A stretch of 64,000 nucleotides of DNA, from positions 2,912,001 through 2,976,000 of the forward strand of contig OZ220744.1 in NCBI GenBank assembly GCA_965116925.1, read 5' to 3'. A program made the translations under genes and the position numbers. Under the pieces are notes generated by a model that made no database searches, had not been told where the DNA came from, and worked only from the letters and a program-made list of their open reading frames with translations. Position 1 is the stretch's first letter, and each line of letters starts with the position of its first letter. The stretch comes from Candidatus Poribacteria bacterium. Its GTDB lineage: Bacteria > Poribacteria > WGA-4E > PCPOR2b. Shown piece after piece: positions 1 to 9,500 of the stretch.

Positions 1-230
1 TGATTGACCTCAACGAACCGCTTATCACTCATAGCGATCATTTCAGAGAATTGCTTATCCATCCGCTCCTCAAGACGTTCTAAGGCATGAACGAATGTTT
101 CACCTTGCTTGTCGATTTTCTTATCGTTTTGTCCAGTACGATAGAAATAGATGGCAAGTTGACCAATGAAGCCCGCGACGATAAATAGTACCAGTATCGT
201 GTGTGACGGAGACCATGACCCGAAATCCAT
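1..230 (-). CDS. Small membrane-anchored coiled-coil protein (runs off the window edge)
   Basis: Not in the ORF track. GGAGGTGA SD then ATG at 230. Translates MDFGSWSPSHTILVLFIVAGFIGQLAIYFYRTGQNDKKIDKQGETFVHALERLEERMDKQFSEM..., i.e. one TM helix then a heptad-like segment, open to position 1. Confidence 0.65.
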   Translation of the reverse strand, partial: MDFGSWSPSHTILVLFIVAGFIGQLAIYFYRTGQNDKKIDKQGETFVHALERLEERMDKQFSEMIAMSDKRFVEVN

Positions 231-470
231 AAGTATCACCTCCCTTTCCCATAGAAATACTTCGCAACCGCGCCCCGTTCTGCTTGACTAGGGGATGCAG
301 TAAGAACGGCGTTAATGTTGTGTAAAGTGATTTCCGGTGACTTGCTGACCGGTGCTGCAGAATCTTATGAGTTTGAAAAGCCCAATCTTCCGAAAAGTGT
401 AGCGGATCTCGAAAAGCAGTTGACCCCAGAGCTGCCTACCGCCGTGCCCATTTTTCCCTTTTGTCAAGTA

Positions 471-2429
471 TTAGAACTTGCCAAAAACGCGCACAAAGGT
501 CTCCATGTAATTATCATCGTTCACATCTGCGTTGGCGCGCTGATCGATGTATTGGGCCCCGATGTGGAGAAACAGCTCTTTTTCGTAGGCGACAAAACTC
601 TTTTCCATCTCCGCTAGAAGGGCTTGGCGAGTAAAATCGTTTCCATCATCACGCATATCGTTGAAGAACAGGACCTGCCCACCTCCGGTGATCTTGATTG
701 TCTTGGTGAACTGATAAACAACCTTGAGAATAAACGCAGCCGCTGCGTCACGTACATCCGCCGCTTCAATTACGCGAAGCCGGATATTGCGTAAAGCCTC
801 CTCACCATCAATCTCCCCAACCAATGAGAGATGTTCCAAACGGTCTTCTGCCATCTGAAAGCCATTGCGAATCGTGTACTTAAACATCGGCGTAATTTCG
901 AGCGATTTGGATGGACGAATGCGGTAGTTGGTTTTCAGGATGCCGACTTCGTAATGTTTGTTATTCCGGTCAAAATCGAGATTGTATCGTAGCTTAAAAC
1001 GTCCCGTTGTGACCATCTGCTTAATTCCCGAATACTCCCAAGTGAGTTTAGCGGTGTTGATGAGATCATTCTGCATCAACAATGGATCTTTGCGTCGCTT
1101 CTCGACCTCAACGCCCCCATCTATAGGAAAAAACGTTACATCTCCTCTCGCTTCCATTCTTTGCACATCAGACTGAGACCGGTAAAGTTGTCCTTCCTCC
1201 CGGCTTAAAAAACCGGCAAAGTACCAAGTCTCATCGGGAATGCGGTCTTTTACCCACTTCAATTCGTTCTCAACAATCAGGGCAGCATCCTGAGAGAGAT
1301 CCTTGTTGTAAACTAGGTTGGTGAACGCTTTTGTTGACGTCGAAGAATAGCGAAACGCTGTATCTCTGAGGTCTTTCTCAAATTGCAAGCCAACATCAAG
1401 GTCTGTGGAACTTCCACTACGATTTGTCTTCCGTTTCATCAGTAGCCGCAGACCTCGCAAGCCAGCATCAAATTCATAGTTGGGATCTTTATCGTTCTCT
1501 TCCTCGTCCCGGAGGCCATTGTTATTCTGATCTCTTTCGTCAAGGAAATCCTCATCGACATCAAAGAGCAGAATATCATCCTCATAATCGAAAGTACCGT
1601 TGTTGTTCTTATCAAGGTCACCGGGAATAATCAGAGAAGGCGGATCTAGCCACGTGTTATCAGTGTACCGATCCTGATCATCGTTATCCCCAACAGAGCG
1701 GGAGGCATCGAAACGGGGACCGACGCGGAAGGCTTCCCCCTGAAAAATTGTGTCCCCAACAGTTCGGAATGCCTTAAACACTGTCGTTGTTGCCTCAAAA
1801 CGCGAACTGAGATCCTTTCTCAATGCACTTTTTGGCGTCGTGGCAAACTCTGCCTTTAGACCATAGTTGGCAAAGTTGGTTTCCATGTCTATAGCCCATA
1901 CGGGCGTGTCCCGGAAGTACCAAGAAGCCCCCAACTTGGATTTTCCAAATTTCGTCACTTCGCGTATGCCGATACCAGATCCCTCAACACCTTCTTGACC
2001 GATTACCGGGTTGAGCAGACCGGGAACCATTAAGATCATCCAATCAGTGCGCTCGGAACGCACATCCCAACGTACACCTGAAAGATCAATCTGATCGAAG
2101 GTAAACTTTGTAAAGGTAGTGGGAACCTCTCCCAAACTCAAGATGTTTTTGACATTGCCGGCGGTCTCCTCAATAATCATGACACTGTGGAAGCCGCGCC
2201 GAAACACGCGGTCAAAATCGAACTCGTTCTGCCGGACTGAATCCTCCTCTGTATCTGCAAGAAAGTCGCGTTTATTGGTGAAATCATATTCCACACGCCC
2301 TGATAGAAAAAGCTTACCAAATAGACTATAGACATCCTCAGCCTCTACCGGAAAGATTATAAGACTGAAAAGAAAAAAACACACAAAGCCGAAGATCGAA
2401 AACTTCGCCTTTGCTTGCCATTTATTCAT
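471..2429 (-). CDS. Predicted secreted/outer-membrane beta-barrel protein with acidic Ca-binding-like insert
   Basis: Signal peptide (..FPVEA/ED); amphipathic beta-strand patterns; C-terminus TFVRVFGKF ends in Phe (BAM-type motif); central D-x-N-N-N-G motifs. Confidence 0.6.
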   Translation of the reverse strand: MNKWQAKAKFSIFGFVCFFLFSLIIFPVEAEDVYSLFGKLFLSGRVEYDFTNKRDFLADTEEDSVRQNEFDFDRVFRRGFHSVMIIEETAGNVKNILSLGEVPTTFTKFTFDQIDLSGVRWDVRSERTDWMILMVPGLLNPVIGQEGVEGSGIGIREVTKFGKSKLGASWYFRDTPVWAIDMETNFANYGLKAEFATTPKSALRKDLSSRFEATTTVFKAFRTVGDTIFQGEAFRVGPRFDASRSVGDNDDQDRYTDNTWLDPPSLIIPGDLDKNNNGTFDYEDDILLFDVDEDFLDERDQNNNGLRDEEENDKDPNYEFDAGLRGLRLLMKRKTNRSGSSTDLDVGLQFEKDLRDTAFRYSSTSTKAFTNLVYNKDLSQDAALIVENELKWVKDRIPDETWYFAGFLSREEGQLYRSQSDVQRMEARGDVTFFPIDGGVEVEKRRKDPLLMQNDLINTAKLTWEYSGIKQMVTTGRFKLRYNLDFDRNNKHYEVGILKTNYRIRPSKSLEITPMFKYTIRNGFQMAEDRLEHLSLVGEIDGEEALRNIRLRVIEAADVRDAAAAFILKVVYQFTKTIKITGGGQVLFFNDMRDDGNDFTRQALLAEMEKSFVAYEKELFLHIGAQYIDQRANADVNDDNYMETFVRVFGKF

Positions 2430-2472
2430 ATATTGAGATTCCCTTTACATTTTGCATGTTGTATTTCACTCC

Positions 2473-5400
2473 TTATATTCCATCATGGTCAAATCGCTCA
2501 GTATAAACCGTCCATGTGTCCGTCAGCGAATCATATCGGGTCAATCCACCATGTGTGCCAAACCAGAGGTAGTCGCCATCAATTGCAATCGATAGGATAC
2601 CATTATGGGGAAGTCCATCAGCTTTAGTGAAGGTCGTAAACTGCCCGGTGGTTTTGTCCAACATGGTAACCCCCTTGTCGAATGTACCGAACCAGACCCG
2701 ATCTCCGCGGATTGCCATTGATGTAATTAGATTTGAACCCAAGCCATCGGCTTCCGTAAGTATCTTCCACGTTTCATTCACGGTGTCGTAAACCGTTACG
2801 CCGCGCCCACTTCCGAACCAGACCTGCCCATCGTCGATGGTAATACAACTGACCTCATCGCTAGCTAACCCCTTCTTTTGGGTAAAGGTGGTCCATGTCC
2901 CCTGTCTGAGTGTATAGAGCGAAACCCCTGTTTTTGTCCCCGCCCAAACGTGGCTGTCATTGACCGCTAAACATCGAACATCGTCATTTTTCAGACTCTT
3001 AGCGTATTTTCCTTCCACCGTTGGCAAGATCTCAATAGCGGCGTTATATGTTTCCCAAGCATTGCGATCCTCGGAAAGAATACTGTGCTTGCTAATACCG
3101 TTTTTCGTGCCAATCCACACATCGCTTCGATTCTCGACAACTGCTCGAATATCAACGCTCGGTAGTTGATTCTCTTTGGTGTACGATTCAAACCGATCCG
3201 CGATTTTATCGTACCGACCAACACCACCCTCAGTCGCAATCCAAATATACCGCCTATCGACCGATAAATCAATGACATTGTTGTCAACAAGTTCATTTTT
3301 CTCCTCTTTTTCCCCCTCCTCTTCGTCGTCCTCCGCTTCGTCTCCATTGTCTTCCTCGTCTCGCTCTTCCTCCGACCTCTGAAAATGCTTCCATTTATCG
3401 TACCGCTTATCGTATCGGCTCATGCCGCGGTGTGTACCGACCCAAACATATCGGGAATCGGTAGCAACAGCTACCGCCCGCCGATCTGCCAAAGTTGTCG
3501 GTTTGGTGAAGGAGGTCCATATTTCTTTCTCCTTATCGTAGCGGCTCAAGCCCCTTGATGTACCCACCCATACGTACTTTGAATCGGCTTTAAGTTGGTA
3601 TCTCCAAACGCTATCATGAACGAGTCCATCTTCGACCGTGTAAACTGTCCATGCCCCGGATGCTTGCGAGTATTTTAGCACGCCTTCACTACCTGTGCCG
3701 ACCCAGAAGCCATCGCTATCCTCCGAAATAGCTTCAACTGATGATTCGGGGAGTCCATCGCTTTGTGTGAAGGAGGTCCACGACTCACCAGCTTTATCGT
3801 ATCTGTTGATGCCCTCCCACCCGAAGCACCAAACGTAATCCTCGCTGACCTGTCCATACCTAGTCCAATTAACCCGCAGCCCTTTGCGTCTATCATAAAT
3901 TGTCCAAGTATCGTCGGTGGGCTGATAGTAACTCACACCGCTCGTTCCCCGGTCACTGACCCACGAGTAAGAACTTCCACCGCTGGTCCACACCCCCTCT
4001 CCGTCCGCCGCAATCCACTCGCCGGAGCGTGAAGCCATACCTTGCGCCTCTGTGTATGACCGCCAAGTTTTCGTCGCCCGCTCATACCTCTTGACCCCAA
4101 CGCCATTTGTGGAAAACCAGACATAATCTTTCGTACAGGCAATGTCTTCGATGTACGTCCCGGGACCCGCTTCTGTCACCTGCACTGACTCCCATTTTTC
4201 AGTTCGTGTATCATAGTGCGCCGCTACGCCACCTAGGAAGGCGACCCAAACACTATATGGTTCGTCAACCTCAATCAGCGTGGCATGGTGTCCCGGTAGC
4301 CCTGAAGACTTTGTAAAGTGGGTCCATGTATCAGATATTTTATTGTATCGTAGAACACCGCCATCCCCTGTAGCGCACCAGACATTTTCTGTGCCCACCG
4401 CCATCCGGCGAACCGCGGTGATAAACGGAACTTCGGAGGAGAGTGGTAGTGCGTCCTTCGTGTACTCTACCCACGTATCGGTGCGGCGATCAAATTTCAG
4501 AATTGCACCATTTGGGGAAGCCGCCCAGTTGAGCACCCACAGGTGGTGCCCATCTAACTCCATCCAACGTGCCTCATCTTCTCTCAAAATCTCTGTATCG
4601 TGATATGGTGTATGCTTCTCCCATCGATCTTCCTCCATCTCATAGATCGCAAGTCCGGCAACCGTACCGAAAAAAATCTGCTTATCTACAACCGCAATGC
4701 TCTGAACATTGTTATGTAGTAAACCCTCCGGCTGCATCGTGACAACCTGTTGCACTCGATTTCCATCGGAGCGTGCAATGCCACCCGGTGTACCGATCCA
4801 GACGGTTTCTCCGTCTGCCGCAACAGCCCTAACATTCAGGTTCGGCAAACCCTCGGTGATGTGGGTTACCCCCCTTATCCCCCCGCTAGCAGGGGGATAA
4901 AAGGGGGCTCGAATAACCCACAATCCATTCCGTGTGCCGACCAGCAATCGCCCATCTGGGCTGAACGCAAGTGTGTTGACATAATCTGCCACCATCGGAA
5001 AGGGTACAAATTTATCTATCGTCGCATCTCTCCGATATAATCCTTCAGCTGTTCCCGCCCAGACCTCCTCACCAATTGCCAACACCGCTGTCACCCACTT
5101 ACCAGCGAGATAGGGTTGACGTGAAACGTGAAACGTGAAACGTGATGGATTGGGCACCCGCGATGTCCCCATTAAGACACTCAATCCACCTTTTGTCCCG
5201 ACCCAAACGTGATTGGAGAGGCTAATGCAGGTAACGAAATTGTTTACGAGTCCATTTTGCTCGGTATAGAAACGCCACCGTTCCTTCTCTAGTTTTCCCA
5301 ACCCCAAGGGCGTCCCAACCCATAGTGTTCCATCGTTGGCATCACCCGCCAAAGCGGTCATATAGTTTGTCGTTAAACCATCTGCTTTGGTGTAGTTCCG

Positions 5401-6594
5401 CCACGTTTTTTCGCGATGCGCGTAGCGGCTCAAACCTTTATTTGTACCAACCCAGAGTGCATCTCCAGTTGAAACCAGTGTCTTAATCTGATTTGACGCC
5501 AGCATATCCCGTTTGGAATACCATGTCCATCCATCTGTCACTTTATCGTATTGACCCAAACCGTGCTCGTAAGTGCCAATCCAAATAGTCCTACCATCAA
5601 TAACCAACGAAGTAATGTGATCGCTAACCAATCCCTGCGCTGTGGTGTACTTGAACCAAGTGTCCACTGTTGTGATGTACCGCCGAATTCCACGGTCCGC
5701 CGAACCAAACCAGACATTGTCCCCATCCACCGCAATCGCCCTGATGAAATCGCTCTCTATGCGATCCGTTCGGGTATGACTCTCGGTGAAGGTCTGATTG
5801 ATTGTACTGTATTTGCTTACGCCCGATTTCTCTGTGCCCACCCAAACAGCATCAGGGCTCAAAGCGATACAGCGAATATGGTTTTCTACCACTCCTTCCT
5901 CTGTCGTGTAAGTGTTCCATGCGTCCTTGGGCTTATCGTAGCGCCGCAGCCCGTCTTCTGTGCCAAACCAAACATACTCGGATTCGACAGCAATTTCGGT
6001 GATTGCGTTAAACCGATCTTTATCTTTCTCTTGTTGCAACGCCCACGCCTTGGTTGTCTTATCATAACGCGAAATACCTGCCTCAGTCCCAACCCAGACA
6101 TAATTTCCGTCCACGGCAATGGCGGTGACTCTGTTGCTCGCCAAGCCGTCGCGCCGCTGGAACTTTTTCCAACGTTTATTTTCCAATTCATAGAGACTAA
6201 CCCCAAGCGTCGTACCTATCCAGACCGATTTTCCATCGGCGGCGATTGCAGTGACATCATCAGAGAGTAGCCCATCTTCCCTGTCTAATTTCGTCCAACG
6301 GTTATCTCCCTTATGATAGACACTGACACCTCGATCTGTCCCTACCCAGACGTAGTCCACTGAAGTTGAAACACAACGGACATTATCACTCACCAACGCT
6401 TGTTCCGCTGCTGTTTGTGTAATCGCTGCTTCTTCCGGAACAACCGATTTTTCTTCTCGCCGATCAACTTGAGTGGTGCTGCAGCCAAGATAAAATAGCA
6501 GAATCAACACAACAGGACAACGGGATAACAGTCGCTCTCTCGTTTTCACGTTCTCTCGTCTTCTCGTCTTCTCGTCTTTGTTAATCTTCCGCAT
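2473..6594 (-). CDS. Large beta-propeller lipoprotein (two-component regulator propeller-like repeats), paralogue 3 of operon
   Basis: 29 repeats of W(V/F)GTxxG(L/V)SRYD..W..(Y/F)T..DGL; lipobox LFYLGC. Start moved to ATG 6594, which overlaps the upstream stop; GTG 6549 is also possible. Confidence 0.8.
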   Translation of the reverse strand: MRKINKDEKTRRRENVKTRERLLSRCPVVLILLFYLGCSTTQVDRREEKSVVPEEAAITQTAAEQALVSDNVRCVSTSVDYVWVGTDRGVSVYHKGDNRWTKLDREDGLLSDDVTAIAADGKSVWIGTTLGVSLYELENKRWKKFQRRDGLASNRVTAIAVDGNYVWVGTEAGISRYDKTTKAWALQQEKDKDRFNAITEIAVESEYVWFGTEDGLRRYDKPKDAWNTYTTEEGVVENHIRCIALSPDAVWVGTEKSGVSKYSTINQTFTESHTRTDRIESDFIRAIAVDGDNVWFGSADRGIRRYITTVDTWFKYTTAQGLVSDHITSLVIDGRTIWIGTYEHGLGQYDKVTDGWTWYSKRDMLASNQIKTLVSTGDALWVGTNKGLSRYAHREKTWRNYTKADGLTTNYMTALAGDANDGTLWVGTPLGLGKLEKERWRFYTEQNGLVNNFVTCISLSNHVWVGTKGGLSVLMGTSRVPNPSRFTFHVSRQPYLAGKWVTAVLAIGEEVWAGTAEGLYRRDATIDKFVPFPMVADYVNTLAFSPDGRLLVGTRNGLWVIRAPFYPPASGGIRGVTHITEGLPNLNVRAVAADGETVWIGTPGGIARSDGNRVQQVVTMQPEGLLHNNVQSIAVVDKQIFFGTVAGLAIYEMEEDRWEKHTPYHDTEILREDEARWMELDGHHLWVLNWAASPNGAILKFDRRTDTWVEYTKDALPLSSEVPFITAVRRMAVGTENVWCATGDGGVLRYNKISDTWTHFTKSSGLPGHHATLIEVDEPYSVWVAFLGGVAAHYDTRTEKWESVQVTEAGPGTYIEDIACTKDYVWFSTNGVGVKRYERATKTWRSYTEAQGMASRSGEWIAADGEGVWTSGGSSYSWVSDRGTSGVSYYQPTDDTWTIYDRRKGLRVNWTRYGQVSEDYVWCFGWEGINRYDKAGESWTSFTQSDGLPESSVEAISEDSDGFWVGTGSEGVLKYSQASGAWTVYTVEDGLVHDSVWRYQLKADSKYVWVGTSRGLSRYDKEKEIWTSFTKPTTLADRRAVAVATDSRYVWVGTHRGMSRYDKRYDKWKHFQRSEEERDEEDNGDEAEDDEEEGEKEEKNELVDNNVIDLSVDRRYIWIATEGGVGRYDKIADRFESYTKENQLPSVDIRAVVENRSDVWIGTKNGISKHSILSEDRNAWETYNAAIEILPTVEGKYAKSLKNDDVRCLAVNDSHVWAGTKTGVSLYTLRQGTWTTFTQKKGLASDEVSCITIDDGQVWFGSGRGVTVYDTVNETWKILTEADGLGSNLITSMAIRGDRVWFGTFDKGVTMLDKTTGQFTTFTKADGLPHNGILSIAIDGDYLWFGTHGGLTRYDSLTDTWTVYTERFDHDGI
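4869..4907. repeat. GC-rich palindrome inserted in frame in a CDS
   Basis: CCCCCCTTATCCCCCCGCT/AGCAGGGGGATAAAAGGGGG; translated as APFYPPASGGIRG, which is absent from the paralogues. Confidence 0.7.
5120..5147. repeat. Heptamer tandem repeat (CGTGAAA)x3 + CGTGATG
   Basis: Read directly; encodes PSRFTFHV. Confidence 0.85.
6533..6580. repeat. Octamer tandem repeat (CGTYYTCT-like) x6
   Basis: cgctctct cgttttca cgttctct cgtcttct cgtcttct cgtctttg at the gene junction. Confidence 0.75.
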
Positions 6595-9500
6595 AACTTG
6601 TCCAGGTTCCTGTTTTCTGATTGTATCGACACAAGCCCCGCTCCGTACCGAACCAGAGTTGGTCACCGTCCAACGCGATTGCTTCGACCCGATTATGGGA
6701 CAAGCCATCGTCTATATTAAAGACGCGCCAGTCGCCCGTGTTTCTATCCAGTTGTGTGACCCCCGCATCTGCCGAACCGAACCAGATCTCCTCACCGTTC
6801 AAGGCGATGCAGGTGACAACATCGCTTGCCAAACCGTCCGATCGCTTGTAGGTAACGAAATCCCCGGATTCGACGTTATACTTTGTCGCACCCTTATTCG
6901 TACCGAACCAGATATCTGCTTCATCAATAACGATGACGCTAGTGTCTGTCAGGTTGCTTTGAATTCCGATCTTATCAAGAACAGAGCTATCTGTGGTCAG
7001 GGCTTCCCATGTTTTTTGCTCTCTATCATATCGGCAGGTCCCTTTGTCCGTGCCAAACCACACCAACTTCTCGCCGACCGCAACGCAACGGACATCATCG
7101 CTCAAAAGTGTTTGTGCATATTTCTTATTATCACCCATGCCTTCGATTTCTAGCGCCTGTGTGTGCGACTCCCAAGCATTCGGATCATCAGATAGACGAT
7201 TGAAGGTTGCAACGCCACGATCTGTCGAGATCCATAAATCGTAGCCCCTTACGTCCAGATCTCGGATAGTATTGGAAGGCAAACCGTTTTCAACGGTATA
7301 TCTTTCCCAACGGTCTCCGGCTTTGTCGTAGCGCAGAATACCTTTGTTGGTGCCGAGCCAAGCATATTTTTCGTCAATCGCTAGGCAGTTGACACTTGGT
7401 GTATCATCCTCCTCAACTTCCATCCCTTTTAGACGGGGAGCAAACCAACGGTCTGTTCGTTTGTCATAACGATGTAAACCGTTGGTTGTCCCCAACCACA
7501 CATAACGTCCTTCGGCGGCAATTGCGTACACTTTTGACTCACGGAGCGTCCGTGTCAGTGGCGACCGGGTGAAAGTGGTCCATACCTCTTTCTTTAGGTC
7601 ATATCGGCTCAATCCCCCGGCTGTCCCCACCCAAGCATAGTTGTCATCTACCACTAGGGAATGCTCAATGAGGTCGTTGCTTGCCAGACCATTCTCCTCA
7701 CTGAAGAATGTCCAATCCTTTGCGGCTTTATTATACCGAGCCAGTCCCTGTCTGTCCGCCGTAAACCAGACAGCTTCGGTGCTCTCCACAACCTGCTTGG
7801 CGCGATCAAAATCAACCCCTTCTATCTGCGGGAGTTTCAATGTCGTCCACGAATCGGTCTTATTGTGGTACTTCGATGCAATGGCACCCTCTCCACTCCA
7901 CCCTGAGTAGGTAAGCCAAATGCCATCAAGCCCCCTGTCAAGCACGAAGTTCACGTCTGAGAGCACCCGCTGGTTTGAGAATATCTCCCACTCTTCGGTC
8001 CATCGATTATAACGGCTAGCATCTCCCCACCCCGTGACCCAGACATAATCGCCATCAATGAGTAGGTCATTTGTTTCGTTGTTTCCTAAACCGTGTGCTT
8101 CGGTGATACTACTCCACTGATCCGTCAATTTATCGTATCGCTTAATTCCTTCCCAAATCGTTGTCACCCAAACATATCGCGGATCGACTGCAATGGTTCC
8201 AATATTACTCCATTCTACACTTGGCACGATTTCATACGTTTTCCATGTATCCGTCTCAAGCGAATAACGGCTCACCACGCCGCCAATATGCGCCGTCCAG
8301 AGATATGGGGCATCAAGAACAACCGCCCAGACTTCGTTGTTTGGCAGACCGTCCGCCATTGTATAATGACGCCACGTATCCGTCGTTTTGTCGTAGCGTA
8401 ACAACCCGCTATTGGTGCCGACCCACACTTCATTTTCGCCCACGGTCAGACTGTGTATGCGTGTGATTGGTCTCTCAATGGATTTCAATGGAAGGTCTTC
8501 TTTGCTGAAGAAGCGGAATGTGTCTGTTTGTCTATTATACCTTACAATCGCGCCGTCTGTGGAATCCTTCCAGTTACCGAACCAGAGCCCATCCCCATCT
8601 TCCGTCAGCTTGCTGACCCAATTCGAGTGCAGCACTTCTGTCGTTGTTGCTGCAAGGTGTTTCGACCATTTCCCCGTCCTTTCGTCCAAACAACTGACGC
8701 CAGCAATCGTACCCACCCAAACCTTACCACCGTTTTTTGAAATGACCTTAACATTATCGGAGACGAGTCCCCCGTTGGTGTTCTCACGGGTGTAATGCGT
8801 CCATAAATCTGCTGCAGTATCGTACTTCGCCAATCCCAGCGGTGTGCCGATCCAGACACTATTATCATCAATGACAATCGCTCTAACGTTGGCGTGAAAC
8901 GTGAAAAGTGAAACGTGAGACGTGAGGAACGACCGATCTAACCGCGCTAAACCCGACTGTGTGCCTATCCAGATAGAGTTACCTCCTATTTCAAGGGTGT
9001 TAATTATCTTTGAAGGCAACCCATCTGTTTCGGTTAGTTTCCCTGATACATCAGCGATCCCATCATAGTAAATAAGCCCATCAGCAGTAGCAATCCAAAC
9101 AAAACTACCATCTAGTTTGATGTCATTAATACGACCAGAGATTTGCAGCTCAGAGGGATGTGTATTCCATCTTCGGTTTTGAGGTTCATAAGTTGAAAGT
9201 CCTGCCTTTGTTCCAATCCATAGACGTGAGACGTGATGCGTGAAACGTGATGCGTGATGCGACTGACTTGCGTATGGTGTATTGTTGTTCTTCCCGCCCT
9301 TCCCTTCTTCCGTTCCTTCCCCTTGTTCCTGTCCTTCGGTAGCTCTATTCGCTGGCTCCCATGCGATGCAGGTCACAAAGTCATCTGCTAATCCATCTTT
9401 CGTTCTAAAAAACGTCCACCTGTCCCCGTTTCCGCGTCGCACCCCTAAACCGTGTGGTGTCCCAACCCAGAGATCCGCTCCAACTTCCGCAACAGTGGTA

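Noticed and set aside
315..617. 100-aa plus-strand ORF
   Set aside because: TTG start without an SD, overlaps the barrel gene antisense, and has no recognisable motif.
6595..6708. N-terminal extension of the 1411-aa ORF
   Set aside because: It overlaps the end of the upstream paralogue; the lipoprotein signal lies downstream.
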